Shown here piece by piece: positions 9,017 to 19,022 of a DNA stretch of 34,625 nt. A program made the position numbers and the translations under genes. The DNA is taken from positions 76,794-111,418 of the forward strand of contig NZWR01000003.1 in assembly GCA_002698305.1 (NCBI GenBank), given 5' to 3'. The DNA comes from Candidatus Campbellbacteria bacterium. Lineage in GTDB: Bacteria > Patescibacteriota > Minisyncoccia > Phycocordibacterales > UBA1006. The stretch's first letter is position 1; the number at the start of each line of letters is the position of its first letter. The notes below the pieces were generated by a model. The model saw only the letters and a program-made list of their open reading frames with translations. It searched no databases and was not told the origin of the DNA.

Positions 9017-10936
9017 ATGAACTATCTTGAAAGCTTGAATGAAATGCAAAAAGAAGCGGTCCTTCATACAGAAGGACCGCTTCTTGTCGTAGCGGGAGCA
9101 GGAACGGGAAAGACAAAAACCTTAACTCACCGGATTATTCACCTAATAAAAAAAGGTACAGATCCGCGAAGTATTTTAGCGATTACTTTTACCAACAAAG
9201 CCGCTAAAGAAATGCGAGAGCGTGTTATCGCAATGCTTGGAACAGATGATCATATTCCGACAATGAGCACTTTTCACTCGCTCGGTGTACGCATTTTGCG
9301 TGACCATCACACAAAAATAGGGGTAAATAAATATTTTAATATTTTAGATAGTCAGGATAAAGGAACGCTTATCAAGCAGGCAATGAGAATCCAAGATATT
9401 AACCCCAAAGAATGGGAACCTCGAAAAATTGCATCAACGATTTCACGTGCGAAATCAAATGAAGAAACAGCAGAAACATATACGGCCAATAAAAATCCAC
9501 TCACCTCTATTGTTAAAATAGTATGGCCAGAATATGAACGTTTAAAGCGTGAAGAACAATCGCTTGATTTTGATGACTTGCTTTCAGAAACATATTTTCT
9601 ACTTAAAAAACATCCTGAAATATTAGCTCAGTACCAGTCACGCTGGCAGTATGTGCATGTTGATGAGTACCAAGATACTAATACTATTCAATATAAATTG
9701 GTGCGTCTATTGGTTGACCAGCATAAAAATATTTGTGCGGTTGGAGATGGAGATCAAAATATTTATTCATGGCGCGGTGCGGATATGAAAAATATTCTTA
9801 ATTTTGAAAAAGATTTTCCAGGTGCAAAGGTGGTGTTACTTGAAACCAACTATCGCTCAACTCAAATCATTCTTGAAGCTGCTCATGAGATTATCAAAAA
9901 AAACAACGAGCGTATTGATAAAAAACTTGTAACCGATAACCAAGAAGGAAAAGAAATTGCACTCTACGAAGCATTTTCAGCTCACCAAGAGGCATCGTGG
10001 ATAGCCACCCAAGTAAAAAAATATATCGATGAAGGGACAGAACCTAAAGATATTGCCGTACTATTTCGGACTAATTTTCAATCACGAATTTTAGAAGAAG
10101 CATTTCTGCGCAAAGCACTTCCATACCAGGTCGTCGGCGTAAAATTCTTTTCTCGAAAAGAGGTAAAGGATGTTATGAGTTATCTCAAGGCTGCCTTTAA
10201 CAATGATTCGTTGTCAGATGTTAAACGTATCATCAATGAACCCAAGAGAGGTCTTGGAAAAGTTGCAGTTGCTAAAATTTTTGCCGGGAGAATATCTGAC
10301 CTTCCCAAGAAACAACTTGAATCGTATCAAAAATTTTCAGAACTACTGGATGATATTTATCAGTTTGCCCTTACTCACACACCGTCAGATACCATACGTC
10401 ATATCGTAAAGGCAACAGGTCTTGAAAAAAAACTTGGCGAGGGAACAGACGAAGATAAAGAGCGTCTTGAAAACATGAAGGAGCTCGTGACCTATGCAAC
10501 TAAATATGATGATCTCGAAAATGCATATGACATCTTTTTTGAAGAAGTTGCACTCCTTTCTGATCAAGACAGCCTTGGGTCAAACCGCAAAGATTCTAAT
10601 ACGGTGAAGTTGATGACCATTCACTCTTCTAAAGGGCTTGAGTTTAAATATGTTTTTGTTTCAGGACTCGAACAAGGACTCTTCCCTTCACAACGAGATG
10701 ATGCATTAACCAAACATGAACAAGAAGAAGAGCGTCGTTTGTGCTATGTGGCCTTTACGCGAGCCAAAGAAATGCTGCATCTGTCCTATGCAAAACTACG
10801 AACCATCTATGGTCAGGAGCGTATTAATGTTCCATCGGAATTTGTACGAGATTTGTCTTCTCATCTGGTAGTTGAGGCAGGTGAAAACTACGACGACGAT
10901 GAGGGTGCTGTTGAGACTTTTTATTTAGATTTTTAA
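9017..10936 (+). CDS. pcrA: ATP-dependent DNA helicase PcrA/UvrD
   Basis: AGAGTGKT, AITFTNKAAKEM, VDEYQDTN, VGDGDQNIYSWRGA, LETNYRST, MTIHSSKGLEF, EERRLCYVAFTRA. Start set at ATG 9017 (MNYLESLN). Confidence 0.95.
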   Translation: MNYLESLNEMQKEAVLHTEGPLLVVAGAGTGKTKTLTHRIIHLIKKGTDPRSILAITFTNKAAKEMRERVIAMLGTDDHIPTMSTFHSLGVRILRDHHTKIGVNKYFNILDSQDKGTLIKQAMRIQDINPKEWEPRKIASTISRAKSNEETAETYTANKNPLTSIVKIVWPEYERLKREEQSLDFDDLLSETYFLLKKHPEILAQYQSRWQYVHVDEYQDTNTIQYKLVRLLVDQHKNICAVGDGDQNIYSWRGADMKNILNFEKDFPGAKVVLLETNYRSTQIILEAAHEIIKKNNERIDKKLVTDNQEGKEIALYEAFSAHQEASWIATQVKKYIDEGTEPKDIAVLFRTNFQSRILEEAFLRKALPYQVVGVKFFSRKEVKDVMSYLKAAFNNDSLSDVKRIINEPKRGLGKVAVAKIFAGRISDLPKKQLESYQKFSELLDDIYQFALTHTPSDTIRHIVKATGLEKKLGEGTDEDKERLENMKELVTYATKYDDLENAYDIFFEEVALLSDQDSLGSNRKDSNTVKLMTIHSSKGLEFKYVFVSGLEQGLFPSQRDDALTKHEQEEERRLCYVAFTRAKEMLHLSYAKLRTIYGQERINVPSEFVRDLSSHLVVEAGENYDDDEGAVETFYLDF

Positions 10937-11030
10937 ATGAGCACAGAAGCGTTAGCGACTAGTCTGTACTCATGAGGTAATTCGCTAAAGATGTATTCAA
11001 TATATCCTTGAAGAAAGGCTGTTATTAAAC

Positions 11031-11054
11031 AACACGAGAATTCGTGTTTTTTTT
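11031..11054 (+). terminator. Intrinsic terminator downstream of pcrA
   Basis: AACACGA-gaat-TCGTGTT followed by a long T-run. Confidence 0.65.
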
Positions 11055-11075
11055 GTCCAGATATATACTTTAGGT

Positions 11076-11888
11076 ATGAATAACCTGCATGCTAAAAAGT
11101 CACTCGGCCAGAACTTTCTTAAATCAAAAAAAGCTATCACCACCATGATAGAGTCTGTAGGTACGAATGAATCATCGCTTGTCGTTGAGATAGGTCCAGG
11201 AAAAGGAGCGCTGACGGGACCACTTTTAGAAACGGGTGCCACAGTTATTGCTTATGAACTGGATGAACGGATGATTCAATTGTTAGAAGAAAAGTTTAAA
11301 CCTTATACTTCATCAAAAAAACTTATTCTCCATCATACTGATATTTTAGAAGCAGACCTCTTGGGAGACACGCAAGGTAGGCAATATTCAATTGTTGCAA
11401 ACATTCCTTACTATATTACCGGTATGATTTTGCGAACAATGTTATCTCACGATCATCCGCCAATGAACATGTCTTTGCTTATGCAAAAAGAGGTTGCTTA
11501 TCGGATCACCAGACAAGATGGAAAAAACTCGATTCTTTCACTGGCCGTTGATTTTTACGCTGATGCTCGGTATGAAATGCTCGTTAAAAAACAATATTTT
11601 AACCCCTCACCAAAAGTAGACTCGGCAATTATCAGCCTCTTTAATATTCGAAATAAAAGTAAAGACTACCACGCACTGGAAAAAGAATATTTTCAAGTCG
11701 TAAAACAGGCGTTTTCCCAAAAGCGTAAAAAAGCAATAAATAATTTGTCACAATTAGCACCAAAAGAGTTCTGGAAGCATGTTTTTGCATCACTAGAAAT
11801 ATCTGATGCCGAACGCGCTGAAAATATTCCACATCAGCTGTGGCTCTCACTTGCTTCGGCTTTCAGAGATTGGACCAATGACCAGTAA
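11076..11888 (+). CDS. rsmA: 16S rRNA m6,2A1518/A1519 dimethyltransferase RsmA/KsgA
   Basis: AKKSLGQNFL, VEIGPGKGALT, VANIPYYIT, FNPSPKVDSA, FSQKRK, RAENI. Confidence 0.95.
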   Translation: MNNLHAKKSLGQNFLKSKKAITTMIESVGTNESSLVVEIGPGKGALTGPLLETGATVIAYELDERMIQLLEEKFKPYTSSKKLILHHTDILEADLLGDTQGRQYSIVANIPYYITGMILRTMLSHDHPPMNMSLLMQKEVAYRITRQDGKNSILSLAVDFYADARYEMLVKKQYFNPSPKVDSAIISLFNIRNKSKDYHALEKEYFQVVKQAFSQKRKKAINNLSQLAPKEFWKHVFASLEISDAERAENIPHQLWLSLASAFRDWTNDQ

Positions 11889-11909
11889 TTTTTTGCTATA
11901 CTTAGTGCC

Positions 11910-12836
11910 ATGAATACTTCATATCTTCCTTCTAAAAAAATTCAAATAACGATTCTTATCCTCATCGTCCTTCTATGTGGTTTCCTCGCATTTTTCTTTT
12001 TTGATAACGAGAGAAATGAGACAGATGAAAATACCTTTGTCGACGTTGCAGCAGTAACTTCAGATGAAGATAATATTAATACTTTAGATAGCGATGGTGA
12101 TGGAGCATATGATTGGCAAGAAGAATTATGGCCAGAGCTTGATCCAAATAACCCAGATTCAGATGGTGATGGTGTCCTTGACGGGCAATACATCAGATTG
12201 AAACAAAATGAGGCAATCCTGCGTGCGCGAGGAGAAGAAAATGTTGAATCAGATTTAACAGAAACCGAAAAATTTGCTCGGACTGCGGTAACCGCATTGA
12301 TTGCGGTTGCTCAATCAGGAGGAGAGCTCACCGAAGAACAGCAGCGAGTTTTTTCTGAGAATTTAGCAAATTATGTTCAAAACTTAACGCTCGGAGAAAA
12401 GCTATATACGCGCGATAGTTTTAATCTTGTTTCAAATACCAAAGAAAACATTCGAGCCTATTCAAATGGGATGAAGCAACTCTTTAGAACCTATCCGGTA
12501 GCCACCAGTGATATTGAACTGATTATCACGGCCCTAGAGGAGCCAGAGGTGAATCAGGGAGGACTACGTGCTATCAATAAAAAATACGGGGATTATTTGA
12601 TAGAACTTTCTTCACAAGAAGTTCCACAAAATATTGCGGCCCGACATACCCAATTAACAAATAGTATTAGTCAGCTGGGGGCTGCGACAGATAATCTCTT
12701 GCAAGAAGAGCAAGATGAGTTGATTACGCTTTCACTTGTGGCTCAGCTTGAAACAATCCTTTCAAATGCAGCAGCAGCCATCATTAATCTCAACAAATAT
12801 TTTGAAATTGTAGAAGATGATATTTATTTTAACTAA
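11910..12836 (+). CDS. Membrane-anchored protein with TSP3-like Ca-binding DxDGDG repeats
   Basis: N-terminal TM helix; DSDGDGAYDWQE and DPNNPDSDGDGVLDG motifs; helical C-terminus. Confidence 0.75.
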   Translation: MNTSYLPSKKIQITILILIVLLCGFLAFFFFDNERNETDENTFVDVAAVTSDEDNINTLDSDGDGAYDWQEELWPELDPNNPDSDGDGVLDGQYIRLKQNEAILRARGEENVESDLTETEKFARTAVTALIAVAQSGGELTEEQQRVFSENLANYVQNLTLGEKLYTRDSFNLVSNTKENIRAYSNGMKQLFRTYPVATSDIELIITALEEPEVNQGGLRAINKKYGDYLIELSSQEVPQNIAARHTQLTNSISQLGAATDNLLQEEQDELITLSLVAQLETILSNAAAAIINLNKYFEIVEDDIYFN

Positions 12837-13012
12837 TTGAATACCCTACATATATATGTATACTAGAGGTATGAACAAAGAGTATGAGATTCATATTCTT
12901 TTTTTAAATGAGCAAATCGGTATTTCAATACAGCGCATTTAAACAGATAATTTTCATTTATGTAAAAATCTGCAGTTCAAGAATTATAAAAATTAATAAA
13001 CAAAAAAATATT

Positions 13013-14305
13013 ATGTTTGATTTAAAAGTACTTCAATCGACCTTAGACCAGATTGAACAAGAAAAAAATATACCACGAGATAAAATTCTTGAAGCCATTG
13101 AGCATTCGCTCGCAGCGGCATATAAAAAAGACTACGGAGCCAAAGGGCAAATAATCCGTGCACACTTTAATCCAGAAACAGGAGATCTTGAGTTTTTCCA
13201 AGTAAAAACAGTTGTAGACGATACCTTGGTAAAACCCGCCTTAACCGAAGAGCAGCTTGCTGATCCTAATTTTGAAGAAGAAGTCGATGAAGATGATGAA
13301 CGTGTTCGTTTTAATGTTGAGCACCATATGTACCTGGAAGATGCACGCCGCATCCGTGGTGGTGCAGCTCTTGAAGATGAAATTATCTTCCCATTAGATA
13401 ACCCTCTTGAAGATAATGAAGAATTTGGACGCGTTGCAGCAATGACCGCTAAACAGGTTATTATGCAAAAATTACGAGAAGCTGAAAAAGATATCAAACT
13501 TGCTCGTTATGAAAAAATGGTAGGGACGGTTCTGACCGGAACAATTCAAAAAGTTGTAGATGGTAAGGTATTTGTTGAACTTGCGCCGCGAACTATTGGG
13601 GTGGTTGATCGAAAAGACCAACCAAAAGGAGAATGGTATAAACCAGGTGACAGAATCAAGGTATTCCTTGAGTCTGTTGAACCAGGTACCAGAGGGGTAC
13701 GGATGACGCTCTCACGAACAAACCCAGAAATTATTCGAGAACTGTTTAAAACAGAGTCTCCAGAGGTAGCGACTGGTATTGTTGAGATTAAATCTATTGC
13801 ACGAGAAGCAGGAGCACGAACAAAAATGGCAGTGTATAGTAATGACCCTGACGTTGATCCAATCGGGGCCTGCGTCGGTCAAAGAGGAAGCCGTATTAAT
13901 GCAGTAACCTCAGACCTTGGAAATGAAAAGATCGATATTATTGTATGGTCTGAAGATGAATTGCTGTACGTAGCGAATGCCTTGGCACCCGCTCAGGTCC
14001 TCGATATTGAAGGGGATCTCGAAGATAAAAAGGCAAAAGTTATTGTTGCTGAAGATCAGCTTTCATTGGCCATTGGAAAAGAAGGTCAAAATGCTCGGCT
14101 TGCAGCACGGCTCACAGGGTGGAAAATTGATATTTCAGGAACTGATGAAAATCCTGATCTTGTGAATGAACTTGAAACAGAAGAAACAGAAGATGAATTC
14201 GTGTCACTTGATGATTTAAAATCAGCAATTGGTAAGGCGACAAATGAAAATTCTGAAATAGAGGAGGAAAATCCAGAGACTGAAGAAGATTCTAAAACTG
14301 AATAA
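13013..14305 (+). CDS. nusA: Transcription termination/antitermination factor NusA
   Basis: FGRVAAMTAKQVIMQKLREAE, S1 domain, KH domains (IAREAGARTKMAV, DPIGACVGQRGSR, LSLAIGKEGQNARLAARLTGWKIDI). Start set at ATG 13013. Confidence 0.96.
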   Translation: MFDLKVLQSTLDQIEQEKNIPRDKILEAIEHSLAAAYKKDYGAKGQIIRAHFNPETGDLEFFQVKTVVDDTLVKPALTEEQLADPNFEEEVDEDDERVRFNVEHHMYLEDARRIRGGAALEDEIIFPLDNPLEDNEEFGRVAAMTAKQVIMQKLREAEKDIKLARYEKMVGTVLTGTIQKVVDGKVFVELAPRTIGVVDRKDQPKGEWYKPGDRIKVFLESVEPGTRGVRMTLSRTNPEIIRELFKTESPEVATGIVEIKSIAREAGARTKMAVYSNDPDVDPIGACVGQRGSRINAVTSDLGNEKIDIIVWSEDELLYVANALAPAQVLDIEGDLEDKKAKVIVAEDQLSLAIGKEGQNARLAARLTGWKIDISGTDENPDLVNELETEETEDEFVSLDDLKSAIGKATNENSEIEEENPETEEDSKTE

Positions 14306-14308
14306 AAA

Positions 14309-14350
14309 CAAAGAAAACACCCTTGTATCTGTACAAGGGTGTTTTCTTTG
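14309..14350 (+). terminator. Strong terminator after nusA
   Basis: Perfect 19-bp inverted repeat CAAAGAAAACACCCTTGTA-tctg-TACAAGGGTGTTTTCTTTG. Confidence 0.85.
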
Positions 14351-14362
14351 AAAAATAAATAG

Positions 14363-14371
14363 TGATATACT
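14363..14371 (+). promoter_or_regulatory. Extended -10 promoter for the surface-protein cluster
   Basis: TGaTATACT, 39 nt upstream of ATG 14411. Confidence 0.5.
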
Positions 14372-14410
14372 AAATACGTTACCTAAGGTATTAACGAATA
14401 ATTAATTATT

Positions 14411-14719
14411 ATGAACGATCCACTAAAAGATACGCGTGTATTTCCTGAAGAAATGCACGAAAAACCACAGCCTCATGAAGAGCATCACCACCACAGAAAA
14501 TTATTGTGGGCAGCAGTGATTGCTTTTATCGCGGTTGCAATATATGTGCTTACCTCAACTAATTTTTTCAAACAGGAAAAAAATGGAGAAAATGTATCTC
14601 CAGATGAAATTCGTTATGCACAAGAAGAAGAAGCAGCTGTTGCTATCGAACGTTTTCGAGAGGAGTTAACACCAGAAGAGCGAGAACGTCGTCTTAATAT
14701 GCTATTCAATAACAACTAA
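14411..14719 (+). CDS. Small single-pass membrane protein
   Basis: 102 aa; His-rich segment followed by LLWAAVIAFIAVAIYVL. Confidence 0.7.
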   Translation: MNDPLKDTRVFPEEMHEKPQPHEEHHHHRKLLWAAVIAFIAVAIYVLTSTNFFKQEKNGENVSPDEIRYAQEEEAAVAIERFREELTPEERERRLNMLFNNN

Positions 14720-14724
14720 TATTT

Positions 14725-15678
14725 ATGAAGATGAAATCAACAACAATTAATACCTTTCTCGGTCTGGGAGTTTCGTTCGCAATGATTGCCACCTTTATAT
14801 TCGCAGGGTTTAGCCATCCACAGACGACCTATGCTCAATGTACGAGCAATGACGACTCAGGTAATTTGTACGGATACGCCGACACTGAAAACTTTGGCCG
14901 CATCTATATGAGTCGAACCTCATGGAATGATTTTGAGGCAACCCAAACAACGCAGCCATTCAGCGTTTCTTACAATAGACAAAACGATACATGGTCTGGT
15001 CGTGGTTGGAATGAAATCATGGGGTGGGTAGATTTTGGAGAGACAAACTCTGATAATATTAGCCTCAGAAGAGCCGAATTTGAATCAGCCTTAGCAAATC
15101 CAGGAGATTACGGAAACCTAGTACCTCAAATATATCTAGGGGATGAGAATATTGTTCTTCAAACTGGTGAAACGATATCTGTTGCAGGAGTTGCTTACTC
15201 AACTAACTCAGGTTCGTTTGTAGGGTCTGGATGGAACGGTGACTATACCATAGCCAATGTGGGTAATGGGGATGACGTAGCTGTAGGGGCCGGTGAAATA
15301 ACTTTTGCTAATGTCTCACTTGTTGAGTCGCCATGTCAGGAATATGTAGACCTATTAGTGAACGGAGAAGAAACCTACTATCAAGAAACCTGCCCAATTA
15401 CTAACCCGACGCTTACCTGGAACACTACTAACGTGAACAATTGTGTGATTGGTTCAGATAACTGGTCTTCACCACAAGGAACATCAATAGGAACATCAGG
15501 CTCACAAAATGCTAACGTCAGCGTGAACCCATCTGAAACATTTAGTTTGAATTGTACGGGTACTCAATCCGGTAATACGATTCAAGGAATTGCAATTGCC
15601 GTCTGTGGACCAACAACAGGAGGTGGAGACGATCCGGTCGTCGATAACGTCGTAGCTCCAGACTTTAAGGAAGTATAA
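14725..15678 (+). CDS. Secreted protein with CPR-type G(Y/W)A..N.G.I / GWN..GWV.F repeats and an Ig-like C-terminus
   Basis: Signal peptide ending TYA|Q; motifs LYGYADTENFGRIYM and WSGRGWNEIMGWVDF; TLTWNTTNVNNC...FSLNCTG segment. Confidence 0.7.
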   Translation: MKMKSTTINTFLGLGVSFAMIATFIFAGFSHPQTTYAQCTSNDDSGNLYGYADTENFGRIYMSRTSWNDFEATQTTQPFSVSYNRQNDTWSGRGWNEIMGWVDFGETNSDNISLRRAEFESALANPGDYGNLVPQIYLGDENIVLQTGETISVAGVAYSTNSGSFVGSGWNGDYTIANVGNGDDVAVGAGEITFANVSLVESPCQEYVDLLVNGEETYYQETCPITNPTLTWNTTNVNNCVIGSDNWSSPQGTSIGTSGSQNANVSVNPSETFSLNCTGTQSGNTIQGIAIAVCGPTTGGGDDPVVDNVVAPDFKEV

Positions 15679-15690
15679 TCTTTGTAATAT

Positions 15691-17340
15691 ATGAAAAAAT
15701 TTCTAACACAAAAAATTAATTTTAGAGCCGCTGCAATCTTCTTACTGTTCTTGGTTGCTGGTGTCAGCACTATCAGCGCTGCAGCTCCTGGAGGGTCTCT
15801 TAATGCTGTTGTTCACCGTAGTGGGGGTGATCAAGCAATCCAAAGCTTACAGCTTGGCCCGTGTAGTGGTGGAGGATGTAATGCTCTTGGTGATCTTGAT
15901 GCTCGAGGGCTAGGAAATGGTTTGGCATACTTTGCTGTTTCTGATATTACTAATGCTTTATTGTATTCTTCTAACACAAGTTTCTTGCTCGATAAGGTCT
16001 TTGTTGGTGAGTACGATGGTCAACCTGCATCAGCAAGTCTCCCTATCTGGTCAACAACTCAAACATCTGGAGCATCAAGAGGTGGTGGAGAAACAGCAAC
16101 ACTTCAATCAGTAAATGTTGGTGGTTCAGTTATTGCAACGAACCTCACTAACAGTGGCGGTCTTCCGTCGGTATGTTTTGATGAGGAGGGTACCTTAATC
16201 ATTTGTGAATCAACGCCAAGTAATGGGTTATGTGGTTTTGCAGATGGCGGATCATATTCATCAGCACCATCTTCAGGATTGTGTTTTTCAGGATCAGCAG
16301 GCGCAGTCTCAGGAGGTAGCGGAGCAAGAAATGATGATTGGGCATGGACATGTTTTGGTTCAAATGGAGGAACTGATGATCAGTGTTCAGCTAATTATGT
16401 ACCTGGACCAACCAATGGTCAATGTGGCTCATCTGACGGACAATCATTTAGTCAGCCACCAACATCAGGACTGTGTTCACCTGGCTCAGCTTCTACTGTA
16501 AATGATAATGGACCATTAATAACACCACGATATACATGGTCATGTGCAGGGTACAATGGTGGAACAACAGATGATTGTGATGCTAATTACCAAGCAGGAC
16601 CTATAGATGGACAATGTAAAAATTATCCATTTGGACCATATGGAACAGAGCCAGCAACAAATACCTCTACAGGTTGTGATGCAGGAACCTTCCAAGATAT
16701 TAGTGATACCGGTTCTCAATGGCGATGGCGATGTCTCGGTCAAAATGGTGGATCAAATTCACCTACCTGTACAGCGGCACGTGCAAATGGAAACCCACAA
16801 TGTACAAGTCACCCGGGTACTCATGCAACCCAACCTGCAACGAATTCTTCAAATGGTTGTGACGTAGGATCATACAGTGATACAGGTGATACCGGTTCTC
16901 AATGGCGATGGACCTGTACTGATCAGGGGGTGACACAAACCTGTTCGGCAAACAAAGAAGCTAATACAGGATATCTCTTTGTGTGTGGTACAGATCCAGA
17001 TGGAGTGTTCGGGGCAACACAATCAGCACCTAATAATTCACGTTACGGACAATGGACGCGGGGAGGAACCTACTCACCGCAAGGAACAGGGGATGAATTC
17101 CCATTCAACATGGGGACACCTGACTGTTCAAACCCAACTACTATTCCGTTTTGGACAGCTAATCCATGGTCACTGCCAAACGGTCAAGACGGAAATAATC
17201 CAGCGAATGATGGGTACGATGGTTCAGTACTTAATCCAAACGGACAAGGAGATAGGCTTTGGTATAAATTCTTCTGTTTGGATGGCCCACCTGATGATTG
17301 TTTCTGTAATACTGCAGCTGCTAATGAGAATATGTGTTAA
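15691..17340 (+). CDS. Secreted Cys/Gly/Ser-rich repeat protein (putative adhesin), paralogue 1
   Basis: Signal peptide; VCFDEEGTLIIC linker; two NGxCG..DG..P..LC..G...W.C.G.NGG..D.C.A modules and two variant modules containing DTGSQWRW.C. Confidence 0.8.
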   Translation: MKKFLTQKINFRAAAIFLLFLVAGVSTISAAAPGGSLNAVVHRSGGDQAIQSLQLGPCSGGGCNALGDLDARGLGNGLAYFAVSDITNALLYSSNTSFLLDKVFVGEYDGQPASASLPIWSTTQTSGASRGGGETATLQSVNVGGSVIATNLTNSGGLPSVCFDEEGTLIICESTPSNGLCGFADGGSYSSAPSSGLCFSGSAGAVSGGSGARNDDWAWTCFGSNGGTDDQCSANYVPGPTNGQCGSSDGQSFSQPPTSGLCSPGSASTVNDNGPLITPRYTWSCAGYNGGTTDDCDANYQAGPIDGQCKNYPFGPYGTEPATNTSTGCDAGTFQDISDTGSQWRWRCLGQNGGSNSPTCTAARANGNPQCTSHPGTHATQPATNSSNGCDVGSYSDTGDTGSQWRWTCTDQGVTQTCSANKEANTGYLFVCGTDPDGVFGATQSAPNNSRYGQWTRGGTYSPQGTGDEFPFNMGTPDCSNPTTIPFWTANPWSLPNGQDGNNPANDGYDGSVLNPNGQGDRLWYKFFCLDGPPDDCFCNTAAANENMC

Positions 17341-17351
17341 CAAAAAATTGT

Positions 17352-18953
17352 ATGAAAAAAATATCTAAAACAATTAAAAAAAGTATCACAGGAATAGCAA
17401 TCATTTCCCTGGTGGCTTTGGCTTCGGTTGGGATTGTTCAAAATGCAGCAGCTCAGGGTGATCTGGCTGCTGGTGGAGGAAACTTCTCTCTAACGCAGCT
17501 TGTTCCTAGGGATGTATCTGGACTGGTTAGTCGCGTCGGGTCATTAACTATTGGTTCGCTGACACCAAACCCTAATATTAGCTTAGGTTTTATGGGTTGT
17601 ACTAATGAGAATTTTGCAGGCACTCCTTGTCTAATCGTTGAAGGGGCAAGCACCTTTGCCAAACTATGGTCAGATGGTGATTTCTTAAACACTAGTCTTG
17701 TCGGGGTATCATCTCTTTCAGAGGTTGGAAGTTTCGCTGTGCTTGATAATGGAAATAACAGTCCAACTTTGGTTGTGGATGATCTTCCAGGCACAGACGA
17801 CAGTATCATGATTAGTAGTCTTGCGTATTATGAAAATGGAGTCTTTGCACCGCGAGATACGACCACTCAACGTTTGGTCTGTGCTACCACTGCAGGAAAA
17901 CTAGTAACTTGTGGAGAGCCGGGTGGCGGAGATGGATCAAACCCAACAGATGGACAATGTGGTTCTGCAGACGGCGGAACCTATGCTAGCGCCCCTACAT
18001 CAAATTTATGTGATGAAGGAACGGCCAGTTCTGTTAGTTATGGGTCAGGGGCACGCGGTGGAAGCGGTGGTTGGACATGGACCTGTTACGGGACCTCAGG
18101 TGGATCAAATGATAATTGTTCTGCTTCTGTGCCACCTAATACGTACAGTTGGTACACTGGTGCATGGGGATCATGTACTGGAGGATCTGGAGGGTCATGT
18201 TCAGGAACACCAACAGGCGGCTCACAAGGAGCAAAAATTGATTGGAATGGTAACCTCTTTGATTGGACCGATGGTACGGTCTATGAATCAGTAGGAGGTA
18301 ATCCAGACACTATTACCGTGTGTGCTGGACCTGATGATTTACATGACTTATCTTCAGGAAAAAATCTTGATTATAATGCAGCAATTTCTAACACTGCTTG
18401 TTTCCGCGAATCGCCTCCATATTCATGGACAAACCCTTTGTACGAACCTTCTCTTGATGCAGAGAATTGGCATCAACTGCAGGTAACACCGGGTACAGGA
18501 GGAGATAGAACAAATCCTGGGAACAGTTCAACACCAGGATGGATTAATCAGGTGAATAATTTAGGAGCGAGCCCGCTGTATCAGCAAGGACAGCTTTATC
18601 AAAGTTATTGTAGTTACGATGGGACGACACCAAATACACAAATAGATTGTGGGCCAGGTGGCAGTTATGGTATATGGGTAGATGAAGGTACATCATGTAG
18701 TCCTATTACTAACTCATCATTACCAACACCACCAAACTATGCTGGCGATACAATTTGCGTGAATCAAAATACACTTTCATGTAATGGTTCAAGTCAAAGT
18801 TCATGTGAAGCTGTTTCAGGATGTAATTGGTCAGGAGGAACACCAGGAACACAAACACGTCTAGTACAATGTCGAGACCAAAATGGAAACGTAGTACAAA
18901 ATGAAGATTTCTGTACACCGCCATCAAAACCAGCAGAAACTCAAACCTGTTAG
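17352..18953 (+). CDS. Secreted Cys-rich repeat protein (putative adhesin), paralogue 2, with TSP1-like segments
   Basis: Start set at ATG 17352. Signal peptide AAA|Q; VCATTAGKLVTC linker; one DGQCGSADGG module; YSWYTGAWGSC...GTQTRLVQC...C..PSKP resembles a thrombospondin type-1 repeat split by a large insert. Confidence 0.8.
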   Translation: MKKISKTIKKSITGIAIISLVALASVGIVQNAAAQGDLAAGGGNFSLTQLVPRDVSGLVSRVGSLTIGSLTPNPNISLGFMGCTNENFAGTPCLIVEGASTFAKLWSDGDFLNTSLVGVSSLSEVGSFAVLDNGNNSPTLVVDDLPGTDDSIMISSLAYYENGVFAPRDTTTQRLVCATTAGKLVTCGEPGGGDGSNPTDGQCGSADGGTYASAPTSNLCDEGTASSVSYGSGARGGSGGWTWTCYGTSGGSNDNCSASVPPNTYSWYTGAWGSCTGGSGGSCSGTPTGGSQGAKIDWNGNLFDWTDGTVYESVGGNPDTITVCAGPDDLHDLSSGKNLDYNAAISNTACFRESPPYSWTNPLYEPSLDAENWHQLQVTPGTGGDRTNPGNSSTPGWINQVNNLGASPLYQQGQLYQSYCSYDGTTPNTQIDCGPGGSYGIWVDEGTSCSPITNSSLPTPPNYAGDTICVNQNTLSCNGSSQSSCEAVSGCNWSGGTPGTQTRLVQCRDQNGNVVQNEDFCTPPSKPAETQTC

Positions 18954-18957
18954 TTTA

Positions 18958-18982
18958 TAAAAACTCACGCTGTGAGTTTTTA
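18958..18982 (+). terminator. Intrinsic terminator
   Basis: TAAAAACTCAC-gct-GTGAGTTTTTA. Confidence 0.75.
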
Positions 18983-19022
18983 ATTTGCCTGTATTGCTTC
19001 AGAGGTGATATAATGGAAGTGT

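Noticed and set aside
12908-13012. ORF-track N-terminal extensions of nusA (likewise dksA 1937, pcrA 8987, tpiA 22170, ftsK 30073, wHTH gene 30114)
   Set aside because: These extensions run through promoters, terminators or AT-rich leaders; the downstream ATGs fit family N-termini and -10/SD positions better.
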